Below, piece by piece: positions 1 to 12,092 of a stretch of DNA of 64,000 nt. Each line of letters opens with the position of its first letter. Positions within the stretch are counted from its first letter, which is position 1. This DNA comes from Octopus sinensis (taxonomy: Eukaryota): contig NC_043004.1 of NCBI RefSeq assembly GCF_006345805.1, forward strand, positions 46,748,001 to 46,812,000, given 5' to 3'. The position numbers were made by a program, and so were the translations under genes. The notes under the pieces are model-generated. The model searched no databases and was not told the DNA's origin. It worked only from the letters and a program-made list of their open reading frames with translations.

Positions 1-882
1 TATGTATATATTCATATACAAATACACACACACACACACATATGTACATATATGTATGTATAATATAACATGACAAACATTTTACTACATAATTAGCATA
101 TAGTAAATTATGCATATGTTATGCACATATGTATGAAAAAATACACTGCCAACTCCATATTTACAAACATCAAACGAATGTGGTATGAATTATATATTCA
201 TATCTACGAATGTAATATATGATAATTACGACAAATATTATCGTTGTATATGATTGTTTCAAAGTTTATGTGCAACAAGACTGGGAAAGCAGAACGAATT
301 GAGATGAAATTTTCCTCTGATGTTAACAATCTTAGAATTATATATTCATTACAAAGTAATATTATGGAAGTTATTATTTGCATTGATTTTAAACCACAAA
401 TGGAATGAAAGATATGAATAAGAGGTATGTTGTTTTCGTTTGTTGTGGTCGTCATTTAGCTCCTCGTCATATGTCATGGACCATACCTATTAAAAATAAC
501 TCACTCGCTCAAAAGACCCGGTTTTATCTTCAGAAATAGAGTATCTAAGAATGCCTTCTGTGTATCCTTTCCTAAAATCGGTCGTTAATAGAGAAATATT
601 TGCTGTTCCTAGCAGATACTACGAGACTATTGTTTTTCAATCAATTAAATATTGACATATATACTCATGTAAACAATGGTGAAACAATTTAGCGTCAGCT
701 TTAATCTATGGAAGAAACCTGGGCTTTACCATGACGAAGCTACTTCGGATCGACGGATTCGATCTTCCAGGAAAATCTAGAAAACGTTTATACATTATGT
801 ATTATAATGTGATATATTTTGTTATTTTAATGGGTTTCTTTGATGTTTGTCGTTTAAATTATTGTTTCATATCGAAATAATA

Positions 883-1050
883 GGAGTGGCTCTGAGGTAA
901 GTAGCTTGCTTACTAACCACATGGTTCCGGGTTCTGCCCCAATGCGTGACACCTTTGGCAAGTGTTTTCTACTATAGCCTCGGGTCGACCAAAGCCTTGT
1001 AGGTGGACTTGGTAGACGGAAACTAAAAGAAGCCCGCCGTATATATGTGT

Positions 1051-1082
<32 letters not shown>

Positions 1083-1287
1083 ATATCTCTCTTTGTCCCC
1101 CTAACATCGCTTGACAACCGATGCTGGTGTGTTAGCGTCCCCGTAACTTAGCGGTTCGGCAAAAGAGACCGATAGAATAAGTACTTGGCTTACAAAGAAT
1201 AAATCCTGGGGTTGATTTGCTCGAGTAAAGGCGGTGCTCCAGCACGGCCGCAGCCAAATGACTGAAACAAGTAAAAGAGTAAAGAGT
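883..1287 (+). mobile_element. tRNA-derived SINE, Octopus OK-like family, near full length
   Basis: Head GGAGTGGCTCTGAGGTAAG (A box) and GGTTCCGGGTTCTGCCC (B box), internal (TA/TG)n, body ...CCCGTAACTTAGCGGTTCGGCAAAAGAGACCGATAGAATAAG..., tail GAAACAAGTAAAAGAGTAAAGAGT. Homologous copies at 26408, 33731 (-) and 63610 (-). Family name is from recall. Confidence 0.85.
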
Positions 1288-4056
1288 TACTAACTGGCTA
1301 TGCTTTTATAGCTTAAATCTTATCCTTCTAGTGTTTTGATAATACCAACACACCTTCAGCGTTACGTTTTGAAATAGCGAATCCTTATTGTGCGTTTGTT
1401 TCTTCCTATCATTTTAAACGTAAGCATTCGCTAAGATAATGTTTAGTTTTACTCAGTAGGATTGTAATCTTATGTTATAGACATTTTTGGCACACAACAC
1501 TTGCTGGTAAGTTTATTTGTTTAATCCGTATTATGTATAACACATATTGCAGGCGTATAATAATGAATCTCAGATAAACGAGTGTTTATATGTAACAGTC
1601 GAAAGCTCTGTAATATGGAAGCAAAATGAGGATAAGTGAGAAAGAACATTGATGATCATTCCAGTTGTTAAAAACCTTGCTGGGATGACCAGGTCGCACA
1701 TACAGCAGTGAAGGTGTCTCACAACAAGCAATTAATCTAAATGATTTATGGCTTGATTATAGAGGCTGGAATATACTCTAAATAAATCCGAAGATTTTTC
1801 TGTGATTGTCATTGATAAGGGCCATTAAATACTCTAAAATTTCGTGGTATAGCGACTCTGTGGAGATAAAGATCCACAGTGAGGATTCGGGTTGTTACTT
1901 ACTCTAAAGATAATAAATAGCGGAAATGTTGACTTTACGATGCAATGTTTAACGTTTAGCTGCATTTGTGGACACGGGTGGAGTATAACTGTCAACTTTC
2001 TGTCTTTTGAAGTAACATATAATGACACAATAGAGAATTCATTTGAGACAAGTGCCTCCAATTCAAGATGAGAGGTAGTAAAAAATCACTATGCAAGTAT
2101 TATCAATGATTTGGAAAAGTGTGTGTTCTGATTTGAAGTTATGGCGGACAAGGTAACAACTTCAGTATTCTCCATGAGTATGTGTGCGGTAAGGGAAACG
2201 ATAAATTTGAATTCTTTCCCAGTGATTCTGTTAAATATAATGTAGGGTGAAATATTAAAAATAGTAAGTAGTATGTAGGGTGAAATATTAAAAGAATGAC
2301 TGCTTATTTTTAAGCCCATTATCATAAGTTACCCAGTCGTTACAATTTAATTGTGCGGAGTTGATACACTTCTCAAGAGAATTTTCAGTGGTGTGGACAA
2401 GAGGATGGGCATCTATAGGATCTGTAGGCTACTCACTATTCGGAAATGTTTCTCACATCTCTCAATTCTTAAGTAACATCCACAGAAATCAACGGGTGAT
2501 TGATTGTATGTAGTAGCTATGCATGAGTATTTACAATCTTTATGATGGGAGCAAGCTGTTCGCCCCACTTTAATGAAGTGAAGGTAAGGTTTATTTATTT
2601 TGACTAGGAAAACAACTTTTATGCAGTGTATGTCATAAGTCGAGCCTCATGCAAAATGCAAGTGGGATGGATGTGAATTGAAGTATGCAAATGGTAATGA
2701 CAATTTGTTCTGTGTTGCGGTATCTTAAATCGGTAGATGTTTTGCTCATATAATCGAACTGATGCACAAACACACGCACATACACATATACTAATACTGC
2801 ACATACAAATTCGCCACCTGAGGTTCTCGTTCAAGTATTTGATAATTCCTACCGTGTAAACTAAGAGCCTTAAAACGAGAAAATATAGCAGATACTATTG
2901 GATCACTGTGACGAACTTAACGTTTAATCTGAACATATCAGACCATGAATATTTCACCAGTACCATGGTATTATTACAGTTTATTGTTAGGAAGTGCATT
3001 AAAGTCGCATTTCCTTGGTTTTCTGCGTCTTATATAGATGAATTTTGTACTTAGGGCGAAGGGAAATGTATAATATACTCAAAGCTATTAAATCAAGGCA
3101 GATGATTTTATTCTCTATTGAAAACATTTCCTTTACTCTTACGTCAACTATAACGTTCAGAGAGAAAGAACGTGACAAGCGCATTAGATGTTCCCCTAAA
3201 ATATAGGGCATTTATATATCTGTCAAAAGAATGCCAATTTTATCCATATTCCTTCTACAAATGAAGACAATTTATGCACAGTGTAGGTTATATAATCGCC
3301 AAATTATTGCTCAATTTATATCTAATCTTATATTGGCGTATACAGGTAAATTTAATAAATCACTTCCTTTCAGAATTGTTGTGAAGTTTAATACCTAACT
3401 CCATTATATGTTAATCAATTCAGACAGTTTAATTCATAGATCTTGCATCGTGGCATACTAACCAAAATGGAACGCAAAAGAAAAAAAATCAATATTCTGG
3501 CAGCTGATATATAATGCCATGCATGGATTTTAATGCATGGAAGATTTGCATCCAATGATGCTAAACGCTGTTCATTTTGCATTCTGTGTATCAAAAGTAA
3601 ATAGAGAATTAAAACGGAGGCTAATATTCCGAATACTTCAATTTATTTATCTTCGTTCATAGCCTTTTCGGTTTCCACTTCACATAAACATAGAATAATT
3701 TATAGTTATAATGTATACATGAGTGCGATTATGCGTGTGTCTATGTATATGTTTGACTGTGTGCGTGTCTTTATGTGTGCATGTTAGCTAACGATAGATA
3801 ATAGGTTAAAGGCGTTATTCATAATCATGAGAACTCGGTTTCGAATTTGTCATGTGGCATCCTGGGTGTCACTTCCTAAAATTTTGGATTAACTCATAAC
3901 ACGAAAAGAATACTTGGTAGAGGGATAGAATTATTTCGGATCGATTGCACCACCAATTCAAAGGTCAAATCCTGCCACACTGTCAAATCCTGTCAAATCC
4001 AGGCTGATCAATCCAGAGAGTTGTATTAAGTATTCAAATACGTAAACGGTAATTAC

Positions 4057-4280
4057 TGGGGCGATCTGGCAGAAACATCAGTAACAGCGATCTGGCAGTA
4101 ACAGCGTCTGCTGTTACGTTCTGAGTTCAAATTCCGCCGAGGTCTACTTTGCCTTTCATCCTTTCGGGGTCGATAAATTAAGTACCAATTACGCACTGGG
4201 GTCGATGTAATCGACTTAATCTGTCTGTCTGTCCTTGTTTGTCTCCTCTGTGTATAGCCCATCGTGGGTAGTAAAAAATA
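4057..4280 (+). mobile_element. tRNA-derived SINE (second family, OR-like)
   Basis: GGCGATCTGGCAGAAAC head, GAGTTCAAATTCCGCCGAGG B box, CCTTTCATCCTTTCGGGGTCGATAAATTAAGTACC core. Same family at 13957 (-), 24335, 29420 (-) and 51376. Confidence 0.85.
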
Positions 4281-4388
4281 TGTAATTATTGGGGCCGGAT
4301 CGTTTTGTTGCCCAAATAACCAAACATAGTTGTAAATTATGACCGAGTTCTAAGAGTCACATGAGTAATTTGTTCCACATATACACAT

Positions 4389-4570
4389 CCAATGGAGTGC
4401 TGAAAAGTTCCTAGCTTTGGATAAAAAAAAAATACAGGAGGATCAGTTAATTTCAATTCTATTCAACATAGATTCATACATTTCTTGCAGAAGTCCTTCA
4501 GTTTTTCTAACCCCTGTAAAAGTACTCGGAAGGTTGCGCTTCCAACCAAACGTTTCAGCACCCCATCGTA
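4389..4570. mobile_element. mariner-type MITE
   Basis: Left end GGAGTGCTGAAAAGTTCC and right end AACGTTTCAGCACCCCATCG|TA form imperfect TIRs; a TA follows the right end. Confidence 0.6.
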
Positions 4571-4599
4571 TTGGCTGATGGATTCTGAAATGGTGCCGA

Positions 4600-4792
4600 C
4601 TCATATATTTGGATAAATGAAAATACAGGAAAATCAGTTGATTATGATTTTAATAAATATCCTCTCTCAAATTCACACAATTATTGCAGCGGTTTCATCT
4701 TTGAATGCCCTGTAAAGGAACTCAGAAGTTTGGGCCTCCAGCTAGGCTTTTCGCGAGACATGAAAAAGCAGGAACTTTTCAGCATCCCCCCG
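4600..4792. mobile_element. second, left-truncated copy of the same mariner-type MITE
   Basis: Repeats TTGGATAAA..AATACAGGA..ATCAGTT and CCCTGTAAA..ACTC.GAAG of the previous copy; ends in TIR GGAACTTTTCAGCATCCCCCCG. Confidence 0.55.
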
Positions 4793-6480
4793 TGTGCACG
4801 TATATGTGTGTACGTGTGTCTGTGTGTGTTTGCGTATCTTTATATGTGCGTGTGCCTGTGTGTGCGCACGTGTAGTGGATTTATAGTGCGTCTTCGGGTT
4901 ATATCATGCTACACATGTAGCAACATTTGATGCTCAGACACATTAGCAAATTAAAGAGTGTACAGAAGTAGAAATAGAAATGGTTTTTTGCACGATCACC
5001 GGGAAATAAAGTAGCAGCCCTGAAAACATTAATAAATCGGCCTGAGTAATTAAAATGCACCGATGGAGACAGGCAGTAAAATCCTGGAAAATATAGAGAA
5101 TGTGTGGCTAACAGCTCAGCGCTCATTCGACATAATTTGGCGAAAAGTAAGAAATTGTTTGAAATGTTGACACAAAACGCTAACGAATGCTTTCAAAATT
5201 TATTCGATTCTTGTGCATAATTACAAATAGTCCAGCTTATATTCAGCTTTCAGAGTTTTCAAAGAATATATAATAGCCTTTAATATTCAGTAATTGCACA
5301 AGCATTTCCATTTTGCCTCAGTTACATTAGAATAAGTATATAAATATTCACAGGGCATATAAAACACTGAAATATTGTTTCCTATTTTTGCCGGGGTAAT
5401 TTTCACTTCAAACTACAAAATGATACGGTGCTTAATTATAAATGCTGATACTCAAAACCAAATGGAAGCGAAATCCAAGAGAAAGACCAGCTTAACTTAT
5501 ACAGGAATTCATCATTCAATGGCCTGTTAAACTGTTCTGCGCTGCTTGCATGCATTTCACTGAAATGAATATTTTTAACGCTAACTCAGCTTTCTGACCA
5601 TGGTACTGGTTATTCTTTACATTATATTTGGCTGAAAATCTTAGTGCCATTTCAAAAATTTTGATTCTACGAAAGAGAGCTTTACTATACTTGCCTCTGG
5701 ATAAGTGAGTTATTTCTATTTTCAAGCCATATTTTCTCAAAGGAATATTAATTAATTATAGCGTTTGATATCATTCCGTGAAGTACATTCAAATATCTGA
5801 AAATATTCGAGAAGATAAAAATATATCATTCGAATTGGGAAAATTGGTGAAGAAATATATTTAATATTAGAGAATAGTGAACGGAAAATTTTATCAGTGA
5901 TATCCCTATATAAATGTGGCATGAAGTAGGTTTCCAAGAATGTGATGCAGTTTATGTTACCATACCGAGACCATATCGGGACCATATCGAAAACTTAAAA
6001 GATTAACAGAACTAACCTACTTTAACGGATTCCTCAAATATTCTTCTTAGACGCGACACTGAAAAACGATCGATATTTTGAGTGGTGTCTTTTACTGAAA
6101 CTAGTTACCACCTATCGCTCCGTTGCTGTATAAACACCTACTGAAGATGAACTTGATCCTTCACTACTGCAATGGTCAACTTGATATGCTCAACAGCAAC
6201 CTTTGTTTTCCTTGACAAAAAATTTAGTTCTATCACACAGACACAGACACACAGACACAGACACACAGACAGGTAGACAGACACACACACACATACACGT
6301 TCTCTGCTTTTTCCCCTCTCTCTCTCTCTCTCTCTCACTGTATTTCTCGCTCAAGATCATCAACGCTCTGTCAATATAGTGAAATTCTTTTTTTCAAGTA
6401 TGTGTTGCGTTGTCTATATGTTGAAAGACATTCAGCAACACACACACCCACAAGTATCCAAACAGGTAGCTATATGCATT

Positions 6481-6520
6481 ATATATATGTATTAAATATA
6501 TATATATATATAAAATACAT

Positions 6521-6570
<50 letters not shown>

Positions 6571-6573
6571 CAT

Positions 6574-6625
<52 letters not shown>

Positions 6626-6650
6626 CATTATATATATATATATATATATA
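6481..6650. repeat. (TA)n microsatellite with duplicated TAAAATACATAGA interruptions
   Basis: Direct reading; abuts the left end of the 430-bp array. Confidence 0.95.
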
Positions 6651-6842
6651 CAAATTAGTAAATAAATGGCACAACAAAGTACCGATATTTACTGGAAATA
6701 GCGAACGTAAAAATACGACGCTAAAGTGTAGCTTCACCGCGTATGTATTAGTAAAAATGCATGTGTGCAACAAAATAGAGAAAAAAAAACCGTCTTACCT
6801 CCAGAGAGAACATCTAAAAGATGAAACACCCGAAAATGGATA

Positions 6843-6919
6843 ATGTGGTACCTGCAGGTTTCAGGTTTTGCAAGATATGTCTCTCACCCATATTTGCTTT
6901 ACCTTCTTCAGCCAAACAT
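6843..6919 (-). ncRNA. Type I hammerhead ribozyme motif, copy 1 of the 430-bp unit
   Basis: Minus strand reads AUGUUUGG-CUGAAGA-AGGU[AAAGCAAAUAUG GGUGAGAGA CAUAUCUUGCAAA]ACCU-GAAA-CCUGCAGG-UA^CCACAU. Complete core, hairpin stem II, palindromic stem III (ACCUGCAGGU), GUA cleavage triplet, bulged stem I. Confidence 0.8.
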
Positions 6920-7271
6920 ATACCAAGACGAAACTACGATGTTACCACATAATACTAACACACTCGACTGAAATACGGAACGCTAACAGTACGAGAAACG
7001 GTGAAGAAGTTTCAAAATATCAGTAATGCAATACAAAGTATTGCCTTCCAGTAAAAAGTAGCCCGTGAGGGAAAAATACACAAATTAGTAAATAAATGGC
7101 ACAACAAAGTACCGATATTTCTGGAAATAGCGAACGTAAAAATACGACGCTAAAGTGTAGCTTCACCGCGTATGTATTAGTAAAAATGCGTGTGAGCAAC
7201 AAAATAGAGAAAAAAAACCTTCTTACCTCCAGGGAGAACATCTGAAAGATGAAACACCCGGAAAATGGATA

Positions 7272-7348
7272 ATGTGGTACCTGCAGGTTTCAGGTTTTGC
7301 AAGATATGTCTCTCACCCATATTTGCTTTACCTTCTTCAGCCAAACAT
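7272..7348 (-). ncRNA. Type I hammerhead ribozyme motif, copy 2 of the 430-bp unit
   Basis: Same sequence as 6843-6919; the predicted cleavage sites are 429 nt apart. Confidence 0.8.
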
Positions 7349-8133
7349 ATACCAAGACGAAACTACGATGTTACCACATAAATACTAACACACTCGACTG
7401 AAATACGGAACGCTAACAGTACGAGAAACGGTGAAGAAGTTTCAAAATATCAGTAATGCAATACAAAGTATTGCCTTCCAGTAAAAAGTAGCCCGTGAGG
7501 GAAAAATACACAAATTAGTAAATAAATGGCACAACAAAGTACCGATATTTACTGGAAATAGCGAACGTAAAAATACGACGCTAAAGTGTAGCTTCACCGC
7601 GTATGTATTAGTAAAAATGCGTGTGTGCAACAAAATAGAGAAAAAAAAACCGTCTTACCTCCAGGGAGAACATCTGAAAGATGAAACACCCGGAAAATGG
7701 ATAATGTGGTACCTGCAGTAAAGCAAATATGGGTGAGAGACATATCTTGCAAAACCTGAAACCTGCAGGTACCACATTATCCATTTTCCGGGTGTTTCAT
7801 CTTTCAGATGTTCTCCCTGGAAGTAAGACGGTTTTTTTTTTCTCTATTTTGTTGCACACACGCATTTTTACTAATACATACGCGGTGAAGCTACACTTTA
7901 GCGTCGTATTTTTACGTTCGCTATTTCCAGTAAATATCGGTACTTTGTTGTGCCATTTATTTACTAATTTGTGTATTTTTCCCTCACGGGCTACTTTTTA
8001 CTGGAAGGCAATACTTTGTATTGCATTACTGATATTTTGAAACTTCTTCACCGTTTCTCGTACTGTTAGCGTTCCGTATTTCAGTCGAGTGTGTTAGTAT
8101 TTATGTGGTAACATCGTAGTTTCGTCTTGGTAT

Positions 8134-8210
8134 AGGTTTGGCTGAAGAAGGTAAAGCAAATATGGGTGAGAGACATATCTTGCAAAACCTGAAACCTGCA
8201 GGTACCACAT
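8134..8210 (+). ncRNA. Type I hammerhead ribozyme motif in the inverted arm of the 430-bp array
   Basis: CTGAAGA at 8142-8148, stem II AGGT(8149-8152)/ACCT(8187-8190), GAAA at 8191-8194, CCTGCAGG, TA at 8203-8204, then CCACAT pairing with TTTGG (8137-8141). Confidence 0.8.
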
Positions 8211-8461
8211 TATCCATTTTCCGGGTGTTTCATCTTTCAGATGTTCTCTCTGGAGGTAAGACGGTTTTTTTCTCTATTTTGTTGCACACACGCATTTTTA
8301 CTAATACATACGCGGTGAAGCTACACTTTAGCGTCGTATTTTTACGTTCGCTATTTCCAGTAAATATCGGTACTTTGTTGTGCCATTTATTCACTAATTT
8401 GTGTATTTTTCCCTCACGGGCTACTTTTTACTGGAAGGCAATACTTTGTATTGCATTACTG

Positions 8462-8496
<35 letters not shown>

Positions 8497-8552
8497 CATA
8501 TATATAACAATATAATAAATAAATAAAATATATGCATATATACATACATATA

Positions 8553-8754
8553 GTGAAGGCGCAATGGCCTCCAGTGGTGATCCCTGCTGTACTCTTTCAC
8601 CACAACTTTCTCACACTCTTTCTTCTGTTGGCCTGCTCGCTTAACCAGCGGGGTGGCGTCATTCGAAGGCAAAAAGAATGCGAACGCATTGTGACCAGCG
8701 ATGTGTAACACCATCTGATGGTCTGGTCGGTCACGTGATGTGATCATGTGATCA
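8553..8754 (+). mobile_element. tRNA-derived SINE (third family) with most of its head deleted
   Basis: GTGAAGGCGCAATGGCC is joined directly to ..GGTGATCCCTGCTGTACTC. Full-length relatives are at 46165 (+) and 32100 (-). Tail GGTCGGTCACGTGAT. Confidence 0.8.
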
Positions 8755-10517
8755 CATACATATATGTACATACTTACATCTACCTGTATATATACATGCA
8801 TATATATATATATATATATGAATAGAGGACACTAAAAATAAACAACGAGAAACGAAAACAAAATCAAACAAGGAAACGGACTTTTTTTTAACATGACTTT
8901 TTTTATATGACCGAACGCACGCGTTATTTCTCTATTTCTCTTCTCCAAGTAAGTTTTTACAGTTATAGCTGTAGAACCTATATATACAATTATAGTTATA
9001 GATATACAGCTATATCTACACACTCTTCTATTCAGATATACATACATATCAGATTAACTTAAATATTTTATAAGTATTAAAAAAGTGGGACATACAACCA
9101 ATATGCTGCTCAGAAATAGGTTCAAACTCAACTTCAGTATCCTGTGTATTACGGACGTGTGACTCCAACCTCGTAATACACTAGTGTGCGGGATACGAGC
9201 TAATTAAAATATATACTAAATGATAACCAGAAAACAGGGGTTGTAGTAAAATCTATATAGAAAATACACACGTAATTACATGACAATGACAGAAACTTTA
9301 TGCAGTCATGCAATTCACCCCAGCTGTGTCCTGTAATAGATTTATTACTGAAATCACTCGAACAATAAATTTATTACGAGGCACTGATGAAGTGGAATCC
9401 ACGATCGCATAATATTTCTACTACTGTTATTTAACTATTTCCGCATTTTGTTGAAACGAATGTATAATAAAGCTCTGAATACCACACTTCTTTTTATTTT
9501 ATTATATACCTGTGTGTATGTGTGTTTGTGTGTGTGAATTTAAATAGATAATATATATATATATACATATATATATATACAAACATACATACATACATAC
9601 ATATAAATATATATACACACACACACACATATATATATATAAATACACACATACATATCTACATATACATAAGTGCGTCTGTGTGTGTGTGTAATGTATA
9701 TCAGTGTGTACTTGGAAATAATAATTTATAGAGATACATTTAACTGCAGATATATCAAAGTCGATAATATATTGTTGATTTAAACTTACGTCCACTTTTC
9801 TCTATCATAACCCTTTTGGAATTCATCCAATCTTGCCCTTTACGAATATTTCCCCTTCAAAACCTGATGAATCAAGACTGTCTGCATAATGTTTAACTTT
9901 AAACAGTCTCTGTTAGATTCGATGTCAAAAATGTCAGTCACCCACACCTAAAAAGACATCAATTATTCTGTAGATTCCGACACCTTCCTAACAAATGATT
10001 ACTTGCTTATGACCTTAACAGAAGGATGTCAGCCGAACAGTATATATCGGCCGTGATTCTTTAGCTAAATTCACCTAATTTTCATATTAATGATGTCGTG
10101 ATTTGTGTTTCTATGGTCGTTGTGCACTAATATTATGAAGTAAGAATATTTTACCAGAAAGATTTTTAACAGCGCTTTTTCAGTATTATTGGTCTGTGGA
10201 ATCTCCAGACTTTAGATTACATCCTTTGATGTTGCTCTATGTTAGTGTAAATTTTATCAAATTCATTGGAGTCTAAATGTAGTCTTCTCCCTTTCTCACT
10301 AAATAAATATGAAATATTTAAACACCGAGTGTTTTTAAGCATTTTAACATTGTTACACTCAAACAGAAATGCATCTGTGTATGATTCACCTTTAGTTTCT
10401 GCGATAATAAAAATATCTGTTATCACTGAAGTATATATTAGTATAGAATAAGCGGTTTCAAATTTTGGCACAAGACCAGAATTTTCGGGCTTGGGAGTAA
10501 GACGATTAAAACTACCC

Positions 10518-10660
10518 CAGCACTGAACTGGTAATTATCTATGTTGATTCCGAAAGGATCAAAAGCAATGACGACCTCGGAGGAATTTGAACTCAGAACG
10601 TATAGACGTACAAAATGCCTGTAAGCATTTCGCCTGCGCGAAAACAATTCTGCCATCTCT
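10518..10660 (-). mobile_element. degraded OR-like SINE fragment
   Basis: GACGACCTCGGAGGAATTTGAACTCAGAACGTA and AAGCATTTCGCC..CGC...AATTCTGCCA match the reverse of the 4057 family. Confidence 0.65.
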
Positions 10661-11120
10661 GTCTTTTCACCACCGGATACTTAGTCTGCCAGTCAACATT
10701 TTCTCCTCTCGTTCAGTTTCCCTTTCTTAATATCCATTTGTTCTAGGCGTTACACACCAATATCGTGTATGGCCGAATGGCTTTATTCATTGTATCTTAG
10801 TCTATCGTTTCAAATTAGATTTGTTAACATTCGTATGTCCGCCCTGTATTGTCTTGTTTGCTCGAGGTTTCATTCTACGCAAATCTTGTTGGTGCCGCCA
10901 ATATACGAATATTTCAGTCTTATCGGTAAAGGCACGAAACCGAGTATTAGTATTTTCAGTCGATAATTGATGGATTATCAAGATTCTTCTATGGCTGTCC
11001 TACGTTTGTATACACACACACACACATACACACACATACATATATATAAATATATATATAAAGTGTATAAAGTACATGTATGACTGTGTACTTGTATGCA
11101 TATATAAATATACGCACACA

Positions 11121-11200
<80 letters not shown>

Positions 11201-11829
11201 ATACATACATATGTATATATATATGAAATTTACGGAAAACTAAATACGATGATAGGTGTATTAGTTTGAGGCTCGGGAAAGTGAGAAAGTGTATAATGTT
11301 TCGAGCTTTATGCACTTCAGCAGAAACGAATAAGAGAAAATAAACAGAGAGAGAATAAAATCGTGTGGATTTAGTTATGTAGCATATATGTGTATATATA
11401 TACATAAAATTTACATCTAATATAGGATAAAAATTTCGAAAAAAATTTATCAATGGCCAGCATATTAAAAAATACCTTTAAAGCTTAAATTTATAAACAA
11501 CTTATAAACAAGGGCAAAAGAAAAATTTCCATACCAAACATGCGGAAATAGACTTAATCGTCAATAACCATATAATTTATCACTATAAGCACGCGTGCTT
11601 ATAGCGATGAATTTTCCTTGTGTCTTGCAACCTTTCCAATATTTGTTTGTGAGTCAACGACTATTGAAAAGGGTGCAAGACAGAAGAATATTTTAGAAAA
11701 ATAAATAAGTAAATGAGTGAGAACTTTAGCAGTTAGTGTTTTAAATTATAAGACAGCAAAAAGAGAATGACTATACCCAAGCACAGTAGAATATGCTTTA
11801 ACACACGAATTCACATGAGGAATCTTGCA

Positions 11830-12092
11830 AACCAAATCTCAAAAAACCTGCAGAAATAGTTTTCTCGGGGGTCATTTTGTGGGGTGGCCACCTCGTTCCC
11901 TTGACTTAAACCAGATCGTGAACCCGAAGGGTCGCGCTTACCAAGGTAGACAGCAGTTTTCAAGAAGCCCTCTGGGATGCTTTTGTAGAAGCTGCTCAAA
12001 ATGTATCAAAGGATATCATCATATTGACAAATTCAATGGATCAGCGCGTAAGGAAAGTTGTTGATTAGGGAGGACCATACATCAAACATTAG
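11830..12092 (+). pseudogene. Tc1-like transposase C-terminal relic
   Basis: Translates to WPPRSLDLNQIVN (WPxxSPDLNPIEN motif), then after a frameshift EALWDAFVEAAQNVSKDIIILTNSMDQRVRKVVD*GGPYIKH*. Confidence 0.7.

Larger units (their letters stand above)
6651..8464. mobile_element. Tandem plus inverted array of a ~430-bp non-coding unit carrying a type I hammerhead ribozyme (retrozyme / Penelope pseudo-LTR-like)
   Basis: CAAATTAGTAAATAAATGGC recurs at 6651, 7081 and 7511 (period 430). At 7718/7719 the orientation flips, and TAAAGCAAATATGGG recurs at 7719 and 8152 (period 433, due to a poly-T length difference). Copies differ by only a few substitutions or indels. Both outer ends run into (TA)n. 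Confidence 0.9.

Noticed and set aside
6920-6955. GAAACTACGATGTTACCACAT as an antisense-polarity hammerhead in the 430-bp unit (viroid-like ambisense)
   Set aside because: No CUGAnGA follows the matching AUGUGG strand in that polarity, so only one polarity has a complete core.
6651-7718. CRISPR or satellite interpretation of the regular repeat
   Set aside because: Eukaryotic context with no repeat-spacer alternation; few copies, an inversion and an embedded ribozyme fit a retroelement-derived array better.
7020-8494. Repeated ORFs containing HTRIFTNTYAVKLHFSVVFLRS
   Set aside because: By-product of the 430-bp repeat; no domain similarity; the frame is broken differently in each copy by poly-T length changes.
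9375-9420. CTGATGA-A-GTGG AAT CCAC-GATC hammerhead-like motif
   Set aside because: GATC replaces GAAA and no stem III or stem I partner follows; at best a decayed relic.
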